In this document: one piece after another, positions 49,059 to 56,841 of the stretch
Layout of the letters: every line of letters begins with the position of its first letter
Numbering within the stretch: the first letter of the stretch is position 1
Assembly (NCBI GenBank): GCA_040768745.1
Contig: JAXGMI010000001.1
Span: 576,001-640,000 of the forward strand
Direction: 5' to 3'
From: Desulfomicrobium sp.
Lineage (GTDB): Bacteria > Desulfobacterota > Desulfovibrionia > Desulfovibrionales > Desulfomicrobiaceae
Length of the DNA stretch: 64,000 nt
Program-made: the position numbers and the translations under genes
Notes under the pieces: generated by a model
Told to the model about the DNA's origin: nothing
Databases searched by the model: none
What the model saw: the letters and a program-made list of their open reading frames with translations, nothing else

Positions 49059-50360
49059 ATGTCTATTGAAATTTTGACTGGAGTTCCAGGATCTGGAAAA
49101 ACTTACTTCGCTGTTTCTCGTATCCAAAAGCTACTTACCCTTGAAACCCGGTTTTTGATTTTGCACAACATCGAAGGTCTTTATCCTTCAGATAATCGTT
49201 GTATCTCTAAGGATTGGCTTACCGATGATTTTAACGCCTCTGTCATGGCTGATTATCTTCGGAAGCTTCGGACTGAGTACGAACTAACCTCGGAAGATCC
49301 CATTTACCTATTTATTGACGAAGCACAGCGTTTCTTTCCTCCTGAACTTAAAGATCCCCAAGTTCTATACTTCTTTGATTATCACCGTCACTTTGGCGTG
49401 AATATTGTGCTTATCACGCAACATGAAAAGAAACTTACTTACAAGATCACGACTCTTGCAGAAGTCGAGATTCGCGCCGTTAATTCACGTGTCAATCCGT
49501 TCTCCTCGTTCGTCTATAAACTGTCATCTGGCGGTGAACAATACGGTACAGAAAGACTCACTAAAGACTCATCCGTTTTCCGGCTTTATAAATCGTTTCA
49601 TGCCGGCACTGGCAAAAGCACTAAATCTCGATTCCGCTATCTCGCCCTTGCATTGGTAGTTGCTGCTCCTATTGCTTGGTTGATCTTTTTTCGTGTATTT
49701 GCAAAATCCTTCGGCCTCATCGACAATGAATCTTCTTCACAAAGTGTTTCTGCTCCTCTTCCACCAGTAGAACGCCTCCCACTTTCCTCTACCAGGTCTA
49801 ACGCTGAAGCTTTCCGACCTTCTGTAGTCCAGCCTCAGGAGGATATACGCAAAACGGATTACTTCGGTCCTGAAATCAAGGAATATTCCATCAGTCGTGA
49901 CGCACTTCTCATACCCGTAAATGACATTGGCGATGCCTGGATTTCAGTTGCCCAATTTGTCGAAAAATATCCTCCTCATCTTTATGGTTATGGTTACTTC
50001 CACGCACCAAATAAGCGTTTTGTTCTTCTCTCCGCGACCAATCAGGATCTGATTTTCCCGGTCAAGAATCCAGTTTTTGTACGCTCCTTCATACGTTCTG
50101 AACCTCCTATACCTTCTGATCCGCAACGCCCACCATACCCGATTTATTTTTTGAACATGACTAATCTGCCTGACAAGTACGGCTACACGCGTACCGACTA
50201 CGAACGTGTTTTCCTACAGCAGCGTGGTTTTCAGCATGAGATTGATATGAAACCTGCCGAAACGCCGCCAAGCCCCGGCGAGGAAACGCAGCCGGGCGCG
50301 CAGGCGGGGGCGGCCCCGTCGCCCGTGAATGGGACCTCCCCCAGTTCTAACAGGGGGTGA
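49059..50360 (+). CDS. Zot/pI-like phage assembly ATPase
   Basis: Walker A GVPGSGKT, Walker B LFIDEAQ, HRHFGVNIVLITQ, LYKSF, central TM helix. Confidence 0.93.
   Translation: MSIEILTGVPGSGKTYFAVSRIQKLLTLETRFLILHNIEGLYPSDNRCISKDWLTDDFNASVMADYLRKLRTEYELTSEDPIYLFIDEAQRFFPPELKDPQVLYFFDYHRHFGVNIVLITQHEKKLTYKITTLAEVEIRAVNSRVNPFSSFVYKLSSGGEQYGTERLTKDSSVFRLYKSFHAGTGKSTKSRFRYLALALVVAAPIAWLIFFRVFAKSFGLIDNESSSQSVSAPLPPVERLPLSSTRSNAEAFRPSVVQPQEDIRKTDYFGPEIKEYSISRDALLIPVNDIGDAWISVAQFVEKYPPHLYGYGYFHAPNKRFVLLSATNQDLIFPVKNPVFVRSFIRSEPPIPSDPQRPPYPIYFLNMTNLPDKYGYTRTDYERVFLQQRGFQHEIDMKPAETPPSPGEETQPGAQAGAAPSPVNGTSPSSNRG
50335..50359 (+). promoter_or_regulatory. Predicted double-strand origin (nick hairpin) of Rep_trans/MOBT type
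   Basis: CCCCC-AGTTCTAACA-GGGGG hairpin with CTAA in the loop, about 110 bp upstream of rep. Confidence 0.7.
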
Positions 50361-50430
50361 ACAAATTACATGTATTTAGTTGTATATATAACAGGGGGTG
50401 AACAAATTACATGTATTTAGTTGTATATAT
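50349..50430 (+). repeat. Perfect 41-bp tandem duplication
   Basis: aacagggggtgaacaaattacatgtatttagttgtatatat at 50349-50389 and 50390-50430. Confidence 0.95.
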
Positions 50431-50465
50431 TTAACTGCCTTTAATTAAAAAGTTTTATTTAGAAT

Positions 50466-51578
50466 ATGGGGTTTAATATGCTAGTTTGCAATTCGATAGA
50501 CACTATATGCTTTACGATTAACCTTGACCGTTCAACTCAAATGTACCTTTTGAGCTGGCAGCTTCGGCATAATCTGATTCCAAAAGGCATCTTTCCTACG
50601 GATTGTGGCATTCCCCGTTACAAGTGGGGCCTGGAACATGACGGGATCAGGATCTATTATTCTGATTCCGAGGATCTGAAGCCAAATTGCTATATACGCT
50701 TTTCCTCCGAGTATATTCAACGTGTCGGCTATCATCGCGCATACGCTCGCTGTTGCGGGCTGCTAAAGTCCTTCGGTGTTCATCGCCCCGGTCGAGGTCT
50801 CAAACTCTCTCAGATTGATTTGGCGTTTGACTTTCAGTCAGATCTATCCCTGTATTTGGATAATCCAAAGTATCATGTTACAACACGCCTTCAGAATACT
50901 GTATCACGCCATGAGGCAGACAATCTTGTGTGGCGTCTTTGGGGTGTCGGTGCCTCCCGTGGTTACAAGGTTCGTTGTTACGATAAGTTGCAAGAGTCCC
51001 ATTCTGTTGCTGGTAAAGAATACTGGCATCAGATCTGGATAAATCAGGGCTTCACCCTTGATGCCCCGGTTTGGCGCGTCGAATACGAAATGCACCGTGA
51101 TTTCCTGAAGGAATGGAAAATTGAACGTTTGAGTCATTTTCTGAATTCTCAACTGTCGATTCAGAAGCGTCTTTTTGACCTTTGGTCCATCAAGAATCGT
51201 GATAAAAGTAACGTTAATCGTTGTTCTCATGTTCCCGAATTTCAATATCTGATCGAGCATTTCTGCCGACCTTTCCAAGAACACGAAGTTGATCGCCGTC
51301 CTGAATCCTATGAAAAGGCCGCTGACCAACAGTTAGTTAAAGCTGTTAATGCCCTTGTTTCAGCGGTCGTTAACAAAGCCGCTGCATTCTTCGCTCGAAA
51401 AAAAGAGTGTAAAAACATGGAATTGTATATTCGTCAGCGTCTAGGAGCCTTTAACGGTCTTGTTCGGGATTCAGTTTTGGGGAGTCCCACAGAATTTCTT
51501 TTGGCTGTAACCGCCCTGCTTCAAAAGAAGGGGTTCTACTACACGCCGGCCCATGAGTATTTGGAGGTAGCAGCATGA
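50466..51578 (+). CDS. Rolling-circle replication initiator, Rep_trans-like
   Basis: Motifs LSQIDLAFD, VRCYDKLQE and WRVEYEM match the Rep_trans pattern (RxDxAxD, RxYxKxxE, WxRxE). Confidence 0.82.
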   Translation: MGFNMLVCNSIDTICFTINLDRSTQMYLLSWQLRHNLIPKGIFPTDCGIPRYKWGLEHDGIRIYYSDSEDLKPNCYIRFSSEYIQRVGYHRAYARCCGLLKSFGVHRPGRGLKLSQIDLAFDFQSDLSLYLDNPKYHVTTRLQNTVSRHEADNLVWRLWGVGASRGYKVRCYDKLQESHSVAGKEYWHQIWINQGFTLDAPVWRVEYEMHRDFLKEWKIERLSHFLNSQLSIQKRLFDLWSIKNRDKSNVNRCSHVPEFQYLIEHFCRPFQEHEVDRRPESYEKAADQQLVKAVNALVSAVVNKAAAFFARKKECKNMELYIRQRLGAFNGLVRDSVLGSPTEFLLAVTALLQKKGFYYTPAHEYLEVAA

Positions 51579-51796
51579 TTCACGTCATCGAACGAAACGA
51601 GCAATTCGGCATTCAGATCTACCGAACGAACAGCGTGAACGACGCTTCGACCTTCATTCTTGAGGGCGGCTTCCCAGAGGCCAACGACGCGGTTCAAGAC
51701 ATGGAGGCTGCTTATTTTGATGATCTGTCAGCAGATATTTACGTGGTGATCGATAGCCGAGGGGACCTGTATGACTACGAAGTCATGTCTTTTTGA
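51575..51796 (+). CDS. Phage hypothetical acidic protein
   Basis: GGAGG RBS; ATGA overlap with the rep stop; 73 aa. Confidence 0.65.
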   Translation: MIHVIERNEQFGIQIYRTNSVNDASTFILEGGFPEANDAVQDMEAAYFDDLSADIYVVIDSRGDLYDYEVMSF

Positions 51797-52145
51797 TCTT
51801 GGGGCCCGCCTCGATCGAAAACAGGTCCAGGCACTGCTTGGCATTTCAGAGGATACCCTGTTAGCTGATCCTGTACGATTCGGCGGTGTCTGGCTAGGTC
51901 CTCGAAAGCTGGTGTTCTTTGAAAAACTCATATCCGAAGCGATTAGGGAACTCTATGCCAATCAAAAAGATCAGAAAAAACGGGTTATCGTGGATAGGGC
52001 GGGTGATGCTCCCGAATGGGAAGCGAGTAGAGAAGGCGTTTCCGACGAAGCCGGAGGCGATGAAATGGGAGTCCATCCAGCGGTCCGCGCTTTCGCACAT
52101 GAAAACGGGCCTCACCTGTGGCAAGTGGTTGAACAGAAGAATTGA
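51771..52145 (+). CDS. Putative excisionase-like DNA-binding protein
   Basis: LDRKQVQALLGISEDTL HTH-like segment, GAGGGG RBS, directly upstream of and overlapping the integrase. Confidence 0.5.
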   Translation: MTTKSCLFDLGARLDRKQVQALLGISEDTLLADPVRFGGVWLGPRKLVFFEKLISEAIRELYANQKDQKKRVIVDRAGDAPEWEASREGVSDEAGGDEMGVHPAVRAFAHENGPHLWQVVEQKN

Positions 52146-52986
52146 TGAATACAAAGCCCGTGGCCTTGTTTCGATCGGAGACAAGACGCGGACGTTCTCC
52201 CGGTTCTTCAAGGACGTTGACGAGCATTTGCCCGTTGCGATGGTCACGCCGGAACATGCTTTACGGCATCTTTCAAGGGTGGCCAAAGAGGTATCCGGAG
52301 ACAGGGCGAACAGATCCAAGCGTCACCTGACAGAAGCGTGGTCCTGGGGAGTTCGTTTCCTCGGCCTCCCGTCGTTCAATCCATTCGCTCAAGTCCCTGA
52401 TTATCCCACTCAGTCCAAAGATCTTGTAGTTCCTAAGGAAGACTATTTTTGGGCTGTTGTTGAACAGGCACAAGATCAGCAGGAGAAAACGGCCGTTCTC
52501 TTCTTGTATTATACGGCGTGTCGTCGTGGGGAGCTGTTGCGGCTTCAATGGTCAGAAATAGACTTTGATCGTGAAGCTGTCCGGCTTTCGTGCAGAAAGG
52601 GTCGTAATGCCTCATGGTTTTCAGCGTGGGTGCGAATCCCAGACGAATTGATTCAGGAACTCAAGCGCTGGAAGCTGCAAGCAGGGCCCGGGCCTCAGGT
52701 TTTTCGCCTGCCTCGTGCATTCCACTTTATTCAAGTCCTCTGCCAACGTGCGGGTGTCCCGCAGTTTGGCTTTCATTCCATCCGGCATCTTGTGGCTGTG
52801 CAGCTGTACCGGGCAGGGCACACCGTAGCCGAGATTCAAACACTTCTTCGCCATCGGTCCCCTCAGACCACTGAAATCTATCTTCGGTCCCTCGGGGTGT
52901 TCCAAACCTCTGAAGCGGTCGTTGAGTCGCTCGGGGTGGCGCGTCGGGTGGCGCGGGAAAAAAGAAAGGTTCCGTCGAGCTGCTAA
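51955..52986 (+). CDS. Tyrosine recombinase/integrase
   Basis: Catalytic R (TACRRGE), HxxR (FHSIRH), H (LLRHRS) and Y (TEIYL); ends 5 bp before the att repeat. Confidence 0.93.
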   Translation: MPIKKIRKNGLSWIGRVMLPNGKRVEKAFPTKPEAMKWESIQRSALSHMKTGLTCGKWLNRRIDEYKARGLVSIGDKTRTFSRFFKDVDEHLPVAMVTPEHALRHLSRVAKEVSGDRANRSKRHLTEAWSWGVRFLGLPSFNPFAQVPDYPTQSKDLVVPKEDYFWAVVEQAQDQQEKTAVLFLYYTACRRGELLRLQWSEIDFDREAVRLSCRKGRNASWFSAWVRIPDELIQELKRWKLQAGPGPQVFRLPRAFHFIQVLCQRAGVPQFGFHSIRHLVAVQLYRAGHTVAEIQTLLRHRSPQTTEIYLRSLGVFQTSEAVVESLGVARRVAREKRKVPSSC

Positions 52987-52991
52987 CTACT

Positions 52992-53055
52992 CGGAACCTT
53001 TTTTGAATCTGGTGCCCCCACCATGACTCGAACATGGGCAAACCAGGATTAGGAA
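52992..53055. repeat. att site, right copy (forms the 3' part of the intact tRNA-Arg)
   Basis: Identical to 44079-44142. Confidence 0.97.
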
Positions 53056-53087
53056 TCCTGTGCTCTATCCACCTGAGCTATGGGGGC
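53010..53087 (-). tRNA. tRNA-Arg (anticodon CCT)
   Basis: Minus strand GCCCCCATAGCTCAGGTGGATAGAGCACAGGA-TTCCTAA-TCCTG...GTTCGAGTC...TGGGGGCACCA. Confidence 0.95.
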
Positions 53088-53346
53088 ACACCCGTTGTGG
53101 AGCAAATTTCCTAGGCGAGGCGTGTTCTAAAATCAAGCACAAATCCTCCGGAGGCAGCCGTTTCTCCCGCCAGGACGTACGGGGAAGACTTGCAGAGCAG
53201 ACAGGATCCCTGCCGGATTTTCTGCCTCTTTGCCGACTAGACGGGGCATGAACGCGTTGAACATCCATGCCGCATGGTGTATTTTTGATTCATTGCGCCA
53301 ATCTCATTTCACGGCGGCCTCCAACCGAACCCGACAGGTACTCTTC

Positions 53347-54720
53347 ATGGACACATTTATGGCGGCCTCAGGGCCTGGGAAGGACTCCTACGCGCCGACG
53401 ATCTTCGATTTCGCCATGGCCGGAGGCAAGTTTGTCAGCCTGACAAGCGATGCAGGCTTTGTGGAACTGATCAAGGCCGTCCTCTACCAGGTCCTGGGCC
53501 TGTCCAAAAAATCCTTTGTCCAGTTGAGCAGACTTGAAGACATATATCACCTGCTGCGCAAGGACAGCGAAGGCAGATACGTCATCTGTCTGGAACGCAC
53601 GGCAGCAGGGGTGAACATGGCCCAGGTCATGGAAGGCATCGTGCATATCTGCCCAGGGGCCAAAATTATCGTCCTGACCCAGGAAGTGGACAAATTCTCC
53701 ACAGCCCTGCTGGTGGAACACGGCGCCCACAATATCATCACCAAGCCCATCTCCATCGCCTCGTTCACCGAGAAACTGGCTTTCACCATCGCCCCCCAGG
53801 GCAAGCTGAGCCGCCTCATCGAAAAGGGGAAGAAATTCCTGGACGCTGGAAACTGGGGCGACGCGTTGATGGTGGCCGAGGAAATTCTGGAGCAGAAGCA
53901 CGACAGTGCCGCAGGCTTCATGATCAAGGGCGACGCTTACAAGGGCCTGGAACAGGTCGGCAGGGCCGAAGAGATGTATCTGCGGGCCATCAACAGTGCG
54001 GAATTGTATATCACCCCCCTCAAGCGACTGGCGGAACTCTACGAACAGTCCGGGGACAGGGACAAGCAATTGATCTTCTTGCGCAGACTCAATGAAATCA
54101 GCCCCCTCAATACCCAGCGCATCCTGCAGATCGGGGAACTGGAAATCTCCCGAGGCAATGCAGGCCGGGCCGAGGAAATTTTTGATCAGGCCCTCGACAT
54201 TGCCCAGCGCGAGGCAGCAGGCATGATCTCCGCCTTGTCCTCCCGCATCGCGGACATCTGCGTGAACCTCAACCCCGACCTGGCCGCCCGCTATTCCAAG
54301 AAGGCCCTGGACATGAAAGGGGGTGAGATTTCCGCGGCGGACATCGCCACCGTCAATGTGCTGGGCATTTCCCTGCGCAAGCAGGGTAAGTGGCGGGAGG
54401 CCATCGCCGAATACAGCCGCGTCCTGGCCGTGGTGCCCCATCATGCCGGCCTCTTGTACAACATGGCTCTGGCCTACAGCGAGGGCCGCGAGTCGGCCAA
54501 GGCCCTGGAGATGGTCCGCAGGGCCCTGGAATGCGACCCGAACCTGCCCGCCTCGGGCAAGAACGTGGCCTTCAACATCGGCACCATTTTCCAGAAGGGC
54601 GGCCAGAACGGCACGCCCTATTTCAAGAAGGCCTATGAGCAGGATCCCAATGACCAACGGTTTTGGGAGGCCTTGAAACGCTCCCAGACCATGCACCCGG
54701 GGCAGGACCAGAATCCGTGA
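53347..54720 (+). CDS. Receiver-like domain plus tetratricopeptide repeat protein
   Basis: Receiver features (IIVLT, GAHNIITKP) followed by TPR helices (NVLGISLRKQGKWREAIAEY, LLYNMALAY). Confidence 0.8.
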   Translation: MDTFMAASGPGKDSYAPTIFDFAMAGGKFVSLTSDAGFVELIKAVLYQVLGLSKKSFVQLSRLEDIYHLLRKDSEGRYVICLERTAAGVNMAQVMEGIVHICPGAKIIVLTQEVDKFSTALLVEHGAHNIITKPISIASFTEKLAFTIAPQGKLSRLIEKGKKFLDAGNWGDALMVAEEILEQKHDSAAGFMIKGDAYKGLEQVGRAEEMYLRAINSAELYITPLKRLAELYEQSGDRDKQLIFLRRLNEISPLNTQRILQIGELEISRGNAGRAEEIFDQALDIAQREAAGMISALSSRIADICVNLNPDLAARYSKKALDMKGGEISAADIATVNVLGISLRKQGKWREAIAEYSRVLAVVPHHAGLLYNMALAYSEGRESAKALEMVRRALECDPNLPASGKNVAFNIGTIFQKGGQNGTPYFKKAYEQDPNDQRFWEALKRSQTMHPGQDQNP

Positions 54721-54754
54721 CCCTTTTCCCATTATCATCCCATAAGGAGCAGAC

Positions 54755-56395
54755 ATGGCCATGCATCCCCTTGCCGGCAAACCCGTACCCGAATCCCTGC
54801 GCATCAACGTACCGCGCCTTGTCTCAGACTATTACACGGCACTTCCCGACCCGGACCGGCCCGATCAGGCAGTGGCCTTCGGCACGTCCGGACATCGCGG
54901 TTCTGCCTTCAAAACCTCGTTCAACGAAGCCCACATCCTGGCCATCACCCAGGCCGTATGCGAGTACCGCCAGGACAAAGGCATCGACGGACCGCTTTTC
55001 GTGGGCAAGGACTCCCACGCCCTTTCAGAACCGGCCATGCGCACCGTCCTGGAGGTATTGGCCGCCAACAACGTTCAGTGCCGGTTCCAGAAGGGGTTCG
55101 GACTGACGCCGACACCGGTCATTTCCCACGCCGTGCTGACCTACAACCGTGGCAGGAACGCCGGTCTCGCCGACGGGATGGTCATCACTCCCTCCCACAA
55201 CCCACCTGAGGACGGGGGCATCAAATACAACCCTCCTCATGGCGGTCCTGCAGAAACCGGGGTCACGGCCTGGATCGAGAAACGGGCCAATGCCCTGCTG
55301 TCCGATCCGCGATCCATCGCGCGCGTCCCGTTCAGAAAGGCCCTGCGCGAAAACCTCTGCCAGGAGTACGACTATGTGAGGCCCTATGTGGACGACCTGG
55401 TTCACGCCATCGACATGGAGTCCATCGCCCGTTCCGGCATCGCCATCGGGGTGGATCCCCTGGGCGGGGCCTGCATCGAGTTCTGGAATCCCATTGCCGA
55501 GCGCTACGGATTGGACATCCGGGTGGTCAGCACATCCCTGGATCCGGCCTTCATGTTCATGAGCCTGGACAAGGACGGCAAAATCCGCATGGATTGCTCC
55601 TCGTCCTCGGCCATGGCCAAACTCATCTCCATGAAGGACTCCTTTTCCATCGCCTTTGCCAATGACCCGGACGCGGACCGCCACGGCATCGTGACCAAGC
55701 ATGGGCTCATGAATCCCAACCACTACCTGTCCGTGGCCATCGACTATCTCCTCCAGCACAGGCCCGGGTGGAATGCCACCTCTCAGGTCGGCAAGACCCT
55801 CGTCACCAGTTCCATGGTGGACCGGGTGGTCCAGTCCCATGGCCGACAGGTGCGGGAAGTGCCCGTGGGATTCAAATGGTTTGTGGATGACCTGCTGGCC
55901 GGAACCTGCTGCTTCGGTGGGGAGGAAAGCGCAGGGGCGTCGTTCCTGCGCCGCGACGGCGGGGTCTGGACCACGGACAAAGACGGAATCCTTTTGAATC
56001 TCCTGGCCGCCGAGATCACGGCCGTGACGGGCAGGGATCCGGGCGACATCTACAGGAGTCTGGAAGCCCGCCATGGCAGCCCCCTGTATGAACGGCTGCA
56101 GGCCCCGGCCAACATGGCCCAGAAAAAACTGCTCGCAAGCCTGAAACCCGAACAGGTCTCCTCGGCAAACCTGGCTGGCGAGCCCATCCTGGCCAAAATA
56201 ACCCATGCCCCGGGCAACGGTGCCGCCATTGGCGGACTGAAGGTCGTCACTGCCAACGGCTGGTTCGCTGCTCGCCCCTCAGGCACTGAAGACATGTACA
56301 AGATCTACGTGGAAAGCTTTCTGGGCCGCGAGCACCTGGAACGGATCAAGACCGAGGCTCAGGCCATGGTCGACGGAGTCCTGGCCAAGGCCTGA
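54755..56395 (+). CDS. pgm: Phosphoglucomutase (alpha-D-glucose-1,6-bisphosphate-dependent)
   Basis: Motifs FGTSGHRG, ITPSHNPP, NDPDADRHG, GFKWF, GEESAG, RPSGTE. Confidence 0.97.
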   Translation: MAMHPLAGKPVPESLRINVPRLVSDYYTALPDPDRPDQAVAFGTSGHRGSAFKTSFNEAHILAITQAVCEYRQDKGIDGPLFVGKDSHALSEPAMRTVLEVLAANNVQCRFQKGFGLTPTPVISHAVLTYNRGRNAGLADGMVITPSHNPPEDGGIKYNPPHGGPAETGVTAWIEKRANALLSDPRSIARVPFRKALRENLCQEYDYVRPYVDDLVHAIDMESIARSGIAIGVDPLGGACIEFWNPIAERYGLDIRVVSTSLDPAFMFMSLDKDGKIRMDCSSSSAMAKLISMKDSFSIAFANDPDADRHGIVTKHGLMNPNHYLSVAIDYLLQHRPGWNATSQVGKTLVTSSMVDRVVQSHGRQVREVPVGFKWFVDDLLAGTCCFGGEESAGASFLRRDGGVWTTDKDGILLNLLAAEITAVTGRDPGDIYRSLEARHGSPLYERLQAPANMAQKKLLASLKPEQVSSANLAGEPILAKITHAPGNGAAIGGLKVVTANGWFAARPSGTEDMYKIYVESFLGREHLERIKTEAQAMVDGVLAKA

Positions 56396-56534
56396 ACCCC
56401 CCGGCCTCGGCTTTGGCATGGTCGCATGCGGCCAGCGCGCGATGACGGGGTTTCCCTTGTTCTGGCAGGGAAGCCCCGTCTGTGGCCGGATCCCCCACGC
56501 CGCTCATGTCCCTCGTGTTCGGTACAACCCTTGC

Positions 56535-56797
56535 GCAACGCATATTGCAAAAGCAATAAAAATTGCAGCCAGCATCCTGAGCGAATCAGGGCGTTTCGGG
56601 GCTGGCTCCCTTTTTTGTCAAAATTTGTTGCAAGATTTTCTTCGCCCCTGCGATGCGAACGGGCGCAGCGGCTCACCACCTCTTCCCGCTGCAATCCGCT
56701 GTACATATCTAATATATTGAAATTAAATAACTAATTATTTTTTTCGGGCAGCTGTTCTGAGCCCGCCCGACTTGCCCCCCTTGGCACGATCCTTTCA
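56535..56797 (+). promoter_or_regulatory. Candidate regulatory region: GCAA-N6-TTGC palindromes, AT-rich tract and sigma54-like TGGCACGATCCTTTCA
   Basis: Palindromes at 56535-56548 and 56553-56566, an imperfect one at 56618-56631; -24 box at 56782 with a non-canonical -12 (TC). Confidence 0.45.
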
Positions 56798-56841
56798 AGA
56801 CAGACCGGCAACCAGCACACCAACATCAAGCAGGTGCAACC

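Larger units (their letters stand above)
44079..53055. mobile_element. Integrated filamentous (inovirus-like) prophage in tRNA-Arg(CCT), 8913-bp unit length
   Basis: 64-bp direct att repeats, pVIII-like coat, pIII/pVI-like, Zot/pI ATPase, Rep_trans initiator, tyrosine integrase and XRE repressor. Confidence 0.93.

Noticed and set aside
49059..50360. Zonula occludens toxin as a virulence factor
   Set aside because: Context shows a phage assembly ATPase; nothing in the sequence supports toxin activity
50349..50430. Possible mini CRISPR array
   Set aside because: The two copies are directly adjacent with no spacer, and there are no cas genes in the window
44079..53055. XerCD/dif-type integration or a conjugative ICE
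   Set aside because: The element has its own integrase and tRNA att repeats. No dif-like site, coupling protein or mating-pair genes were seen, and coat genes are present.
56444..56480. Intrinsic terminator after pgm
   Set aside because: The hairpin is present but has no U-tract, so it was not called
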